This document shows positions 51,947-54,292 of a stretch of 54,292 nt of DNA, in pieces. A program made the position numbers and the translations under genes. The stretch lies in the IMG/VR virus record IMGVR_UViG_3300032093_000181, positions 1 through 54,292 of that record; one strand, given 5' to 3'. The notes under the pieces are model-generated. The model made no database searches. It saw only the letters and a program-made list of their open reading frames with translations, and had not been told where the DNA came from. Position 1 is the first letter of the stretch; every line of letters begins with the position of its first letter. Origin of the DNA: a virus. Its lineage: Duplodnaviria > Caudoviricetes.

Positions 51947-53440
51947 ATGGCCGTATATACCACCAGCCTTCGTCTAGTCCAGCCTGCTACCGGAGAGTAC
52001 TCTGGCACCTGGGGCACGCAGGTAAACAACGGCATCACTGCACTGGTAGACACCTCGGTCGCAGGCACGGCCACAATCACCATGACGGCAGCGAACTACA
52101 CGCTGTCTACGGCCAACGGCGCAACCGATGAAGCGCGGGCGGCAATTCTTAGCCTAGGTGGAACCCCAGGCGGTTCGTACAACGTCATCGTCCCTGCGGT
52201 CAGCAAGCTGTATGTGGTTGTGAATGCTACGGGCAGCGCTCAAACAGTCAAGACTGCAGCGGGCACAGGGATTTCAGTCCCTAACGGTGCAACTGCTTAT
52301 CTGCGATGCAACGGCACTGACGTTGTTGCTGCGCTGAACTACTTTGGGTCTTTGACTCTCGGGGCTGCTTTGCCGGTGTCCTCTGGGGGTACGGGTGCAA
52401 CAACGCTAACTGGCGTTGTCAAAGGAACCGGCACCTCGGCGCTCACTGCAGGTACGGTAAGTCTTACTACTGAAGTGTCTGGCACACTGCCTACTGCCAA
52501 CGGTGGGACCGGATCAACATCTACTACGTATTGTTCTCTTACAACCAATGTCACGGGGACTTTGCCTGTTGGCAACGGTGGTACTGGTGGGACGACATTT
52601 ACGGTCAATAACGTATTGCTTGGTAACGGAACTTCTTCGTTTCAAGTGGTCGCCCCTGGGTCATCTGGAAACTTATTGACCTCCAACGGAACAACATGGC
52701 AATCTACCGCGCCATCTTTTCCTGTACTTAGCGCTAATAACGCATTTACTGGAGCCAACACTTTTTATAACGCTACTGGGCAGACATTTGGAACAGCCAC
52801 ATCTACCCAAGACGGCATCATCATTACGGGTAGAGCAGGAGGTTCAACAAGCCTGCGTGTAACGCTTAGCCCCGGAACACTGACTGCATCTCGTGCGGTT
52901 ACTTTTCCAGACGCGGCAGGTGCGGTTGTTTTAGATACTGCAACTCAAACAGTAACGAATAAAACTTTTGGTAGCAGCACGACATTTCTTGCGTCTACCA
53001 CTACAACGCAAGACGGTATTGCCGTAACGGGACGTGCGGGCGGTAGTTCTTCTTTTAGGGCAACAATACAACCTACAACGTTAACGGCATCAAGAACCGT
53101 TACGCTGCCTAATGAGACATTTACGGTTGGCTTTAGAAACATCCCTGCCGTTGGAACTCAGACTGGATCTTATTCACTTACCACATCCGATGTGGGCAAG
53201 TATGTGCAGGTTGGCACGGGCGGAAGCATAACTATCCCAGATGCAACTTTTGCTGAAGGGGACGTTGTAATGATATTCAACAACACCAGCGGCAACATCA
53301 CGATCACTTGCACGATTACTACCGCGTACATCGGTGGAACGGACGCTGACAAAGCAACTGTTACTGTAGCTACACGCGGTGTTGCAAACATCATGTTTAT
53401 CAGCGGCACCGTCTGCGTGATCACAGGGAACGTGTCATGA
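51947..53440 (+). CDS. Tail fibre protein
   Basis: GEYSGTWGT N-terminus, GTLP(V/T)xNGGTG repeats, duplicated TTQDGI..TGRAGGS..TLTASR.VT.P module. Confidence 0.75.
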   Translation: MAVYTTSLRLVQPATGEYSGTWGTQVNNGITALVDTSVAGTATITMTAANYTLSTANGATDEARAAILSLGGTPGGSYNVIVPAVSKLYVVVNATGSAQTVKTAAGTGISVPNGATAYLRCNGTDVVAALNYFGSLTLGAALPVSSGGTGATTLTGVVKGTGTSALTAGTVSLTTEVSGTLPTANGGTGSTSTTYCSLTTNVTGTLPVGNGGTGGTTFTVNNVLLGNGTSSFQVVAPGSSGNLLTSNGTTWQSTAPSFPVLSANNAFTGANTFYNATGQTFGTATSTQDGIIITGRAGGSTSLRVTLSPGTLTASRAVTFPDAAGAVVLDTATQTVTNKTFGSSTTFLASTTTTQDGIAVTGRAGGSSSFRATIQPTTLTASRTVTLPNETFTVGFRNIPAVGTQTGSYSLTTSDVGKYVQVGTGGSITIPDATFAEGDVVMIFNNTSGNITITCTITTAYIGGTDADKATVTVATRGVANIMFISGTVCVITGNVS

Positions 53441-54240
53441 GTGGAATAGTGTTGTCAGTGGTTGGGGCGACATATGTCACGCCACCTGGGCAAGTTTTGT
53501 TTACGTCATCTACCTCTTGGACAGTACCAACAGGCATTACATCAATTTGTGCTATAGCTGTTGGTGGCGGCGCGGGAGGGAACAGTGCTTATTCAGGTGC
53601 GGGTGGAAAGCTTCGATATGTAAATAGTATCTCTGTTACGCCTGGGGAATCTTTAACAATAACAGTTGGAGCCGGTGGCACAGGCAGCAATGGTACTAGC
53701 TCTGTCGCAATTCCAGGCAGCGGCTCGGGAGTCGCTCGTGGCGGAACTAATTTGGTTTTTGCGCCTGCAACAGACACAACTACTGGTTCTGTTGGAACAG
53801 GTGGAGACGGCGGGGCAAGGGGTACAACTGCAGGTGGCCCAGGCGGTGGCGGCGGTGCTGGGGGGTATTCTGGAGCAGGAGGGGCAGGGGGAGCAGGAGC
53901 AATTTCTCCATCACTCGGTGCCGCAGGTAGCAGTGGATCAGGTGGTGGCGGTGGCGGCGGTGGTGGCGGCACTGTAATTGACGCTAACACTACAAGTTCA
54001 GGCGGCAGTGGGGGTGGTGTTGGGTTGTTAGGAGAAGGATCAAACGGCACGGGCGGTGCATCGGGTGCAGATGGGGTAGCAGGTTCTGGTGGTAGTGGGC
54101 AAACCTATGGTGGTGGAGCCGGTGCGGGCGGAAGAACAGGTGGCGTAAATAACACTGGCGAAAATGGTGGTCCAGGGGCAGTTCGCATCATCTGGGGCGC
54201 AGGTCGTGCATTCCCGAGCACCAACACCGGAAACGTTTAA
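53437..54240 (+). CDS. Glycine-rich tail-associated protein
   Basis: WTVPTGITSI.AIAVGGGAGG..VTPGESLTITVGAGG..GAVRIIWG, a Gly-rich domain. Confidence 0.75.
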   Translation: MSGIVLSVVGATYVTPPGQVLFTSSTSWTVPTGITSICAIAVGGGAGGNSAYSGAGGKLRYVNSISVTPGESLTITVGAGGTGSNGTSSVAIPGSGSGVARGGTNLVFAPATDTTTGSVGTGGDGGARGTTAGGPGGGGGAGGYSGAGGAGGAGAISPSLGAAGSSGSGGGGGGGGGGTVIDANTTSSGGSGGGVGLLGEGSNGTGGASGADGVAGSGGSGQTYGGGAGAGGRTGGVNNTGENGGPGAVRIIWGAGRAFPSTNTGNV

Positions 54241-54249
54241 GGAGTAACC

Positions 54250-54292
54250 ATGAAGCCTTACATTCTTCTATGTTCAGTGGCTTTGACGGGCT
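54250..54292 (+). CDS. 3'-truncated ORF with signal-peptide-like start (possible lipoprotein)
   Basis: AAGGAG RBS; MKPYILLCSVALTG runs off the window edge. Confidence 0.4.
   Translation, partial: MKPYILLCSVALTG

Overview
This window is most of a tailed dsDNA phage genome (Caudoviricetes). The gene layout is podovirus-like: no tape-measure or sheath gene is recognisable here, and there is a giant internal virion protein. It is cut within virion genes at both ends. Layout: (1) 1-7958 (+), internal virion/ejection proteins, including a 2430-aa protein with an HExxH motif. (2) 7955-31343 (-), early and replication arm: primase-helicase, SSB-like protein, SNF2 helicase, PD-(D/E)XK nuclease, family A DNA polymerase, DUF3310 protein, a block of small paralogous ORFs, VRR-NUC, and an AAA ATPase/vWA-metallopeptidase module. 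(3) About 28.9-31.65 kb, a largely non-coding control region with a perfect sigma70 promoter, tandem promoter repeats, a long inverted repeat, repeated operator-like motifs and terminators. (4) 31682-54292 (+), morphogenesis arm: terminase, portal, GroES-like protein, scaffold, major capsid protein, two free-standing homing endonucleases, a structured RNA, small basic proteins, tail genes, and Thr/Gly-rich fibres flanking a glycosyltransferase + methyltransferase pair. No integrase, tRNA, CRISPR array or reverse transcriptase was seen. The best candidates for new biology are a putative virion-glycosylation cassette, six small basic proteins sharing two short motifs, an ORF-less transcription unit (candidate sRNA), a pseudoknotted RNA that can mask an RBS, and three recurring regulatory motifs. 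All family assignments come from reading motifs by eye, without database searches. Several start codons were moved relative to the ORF track.
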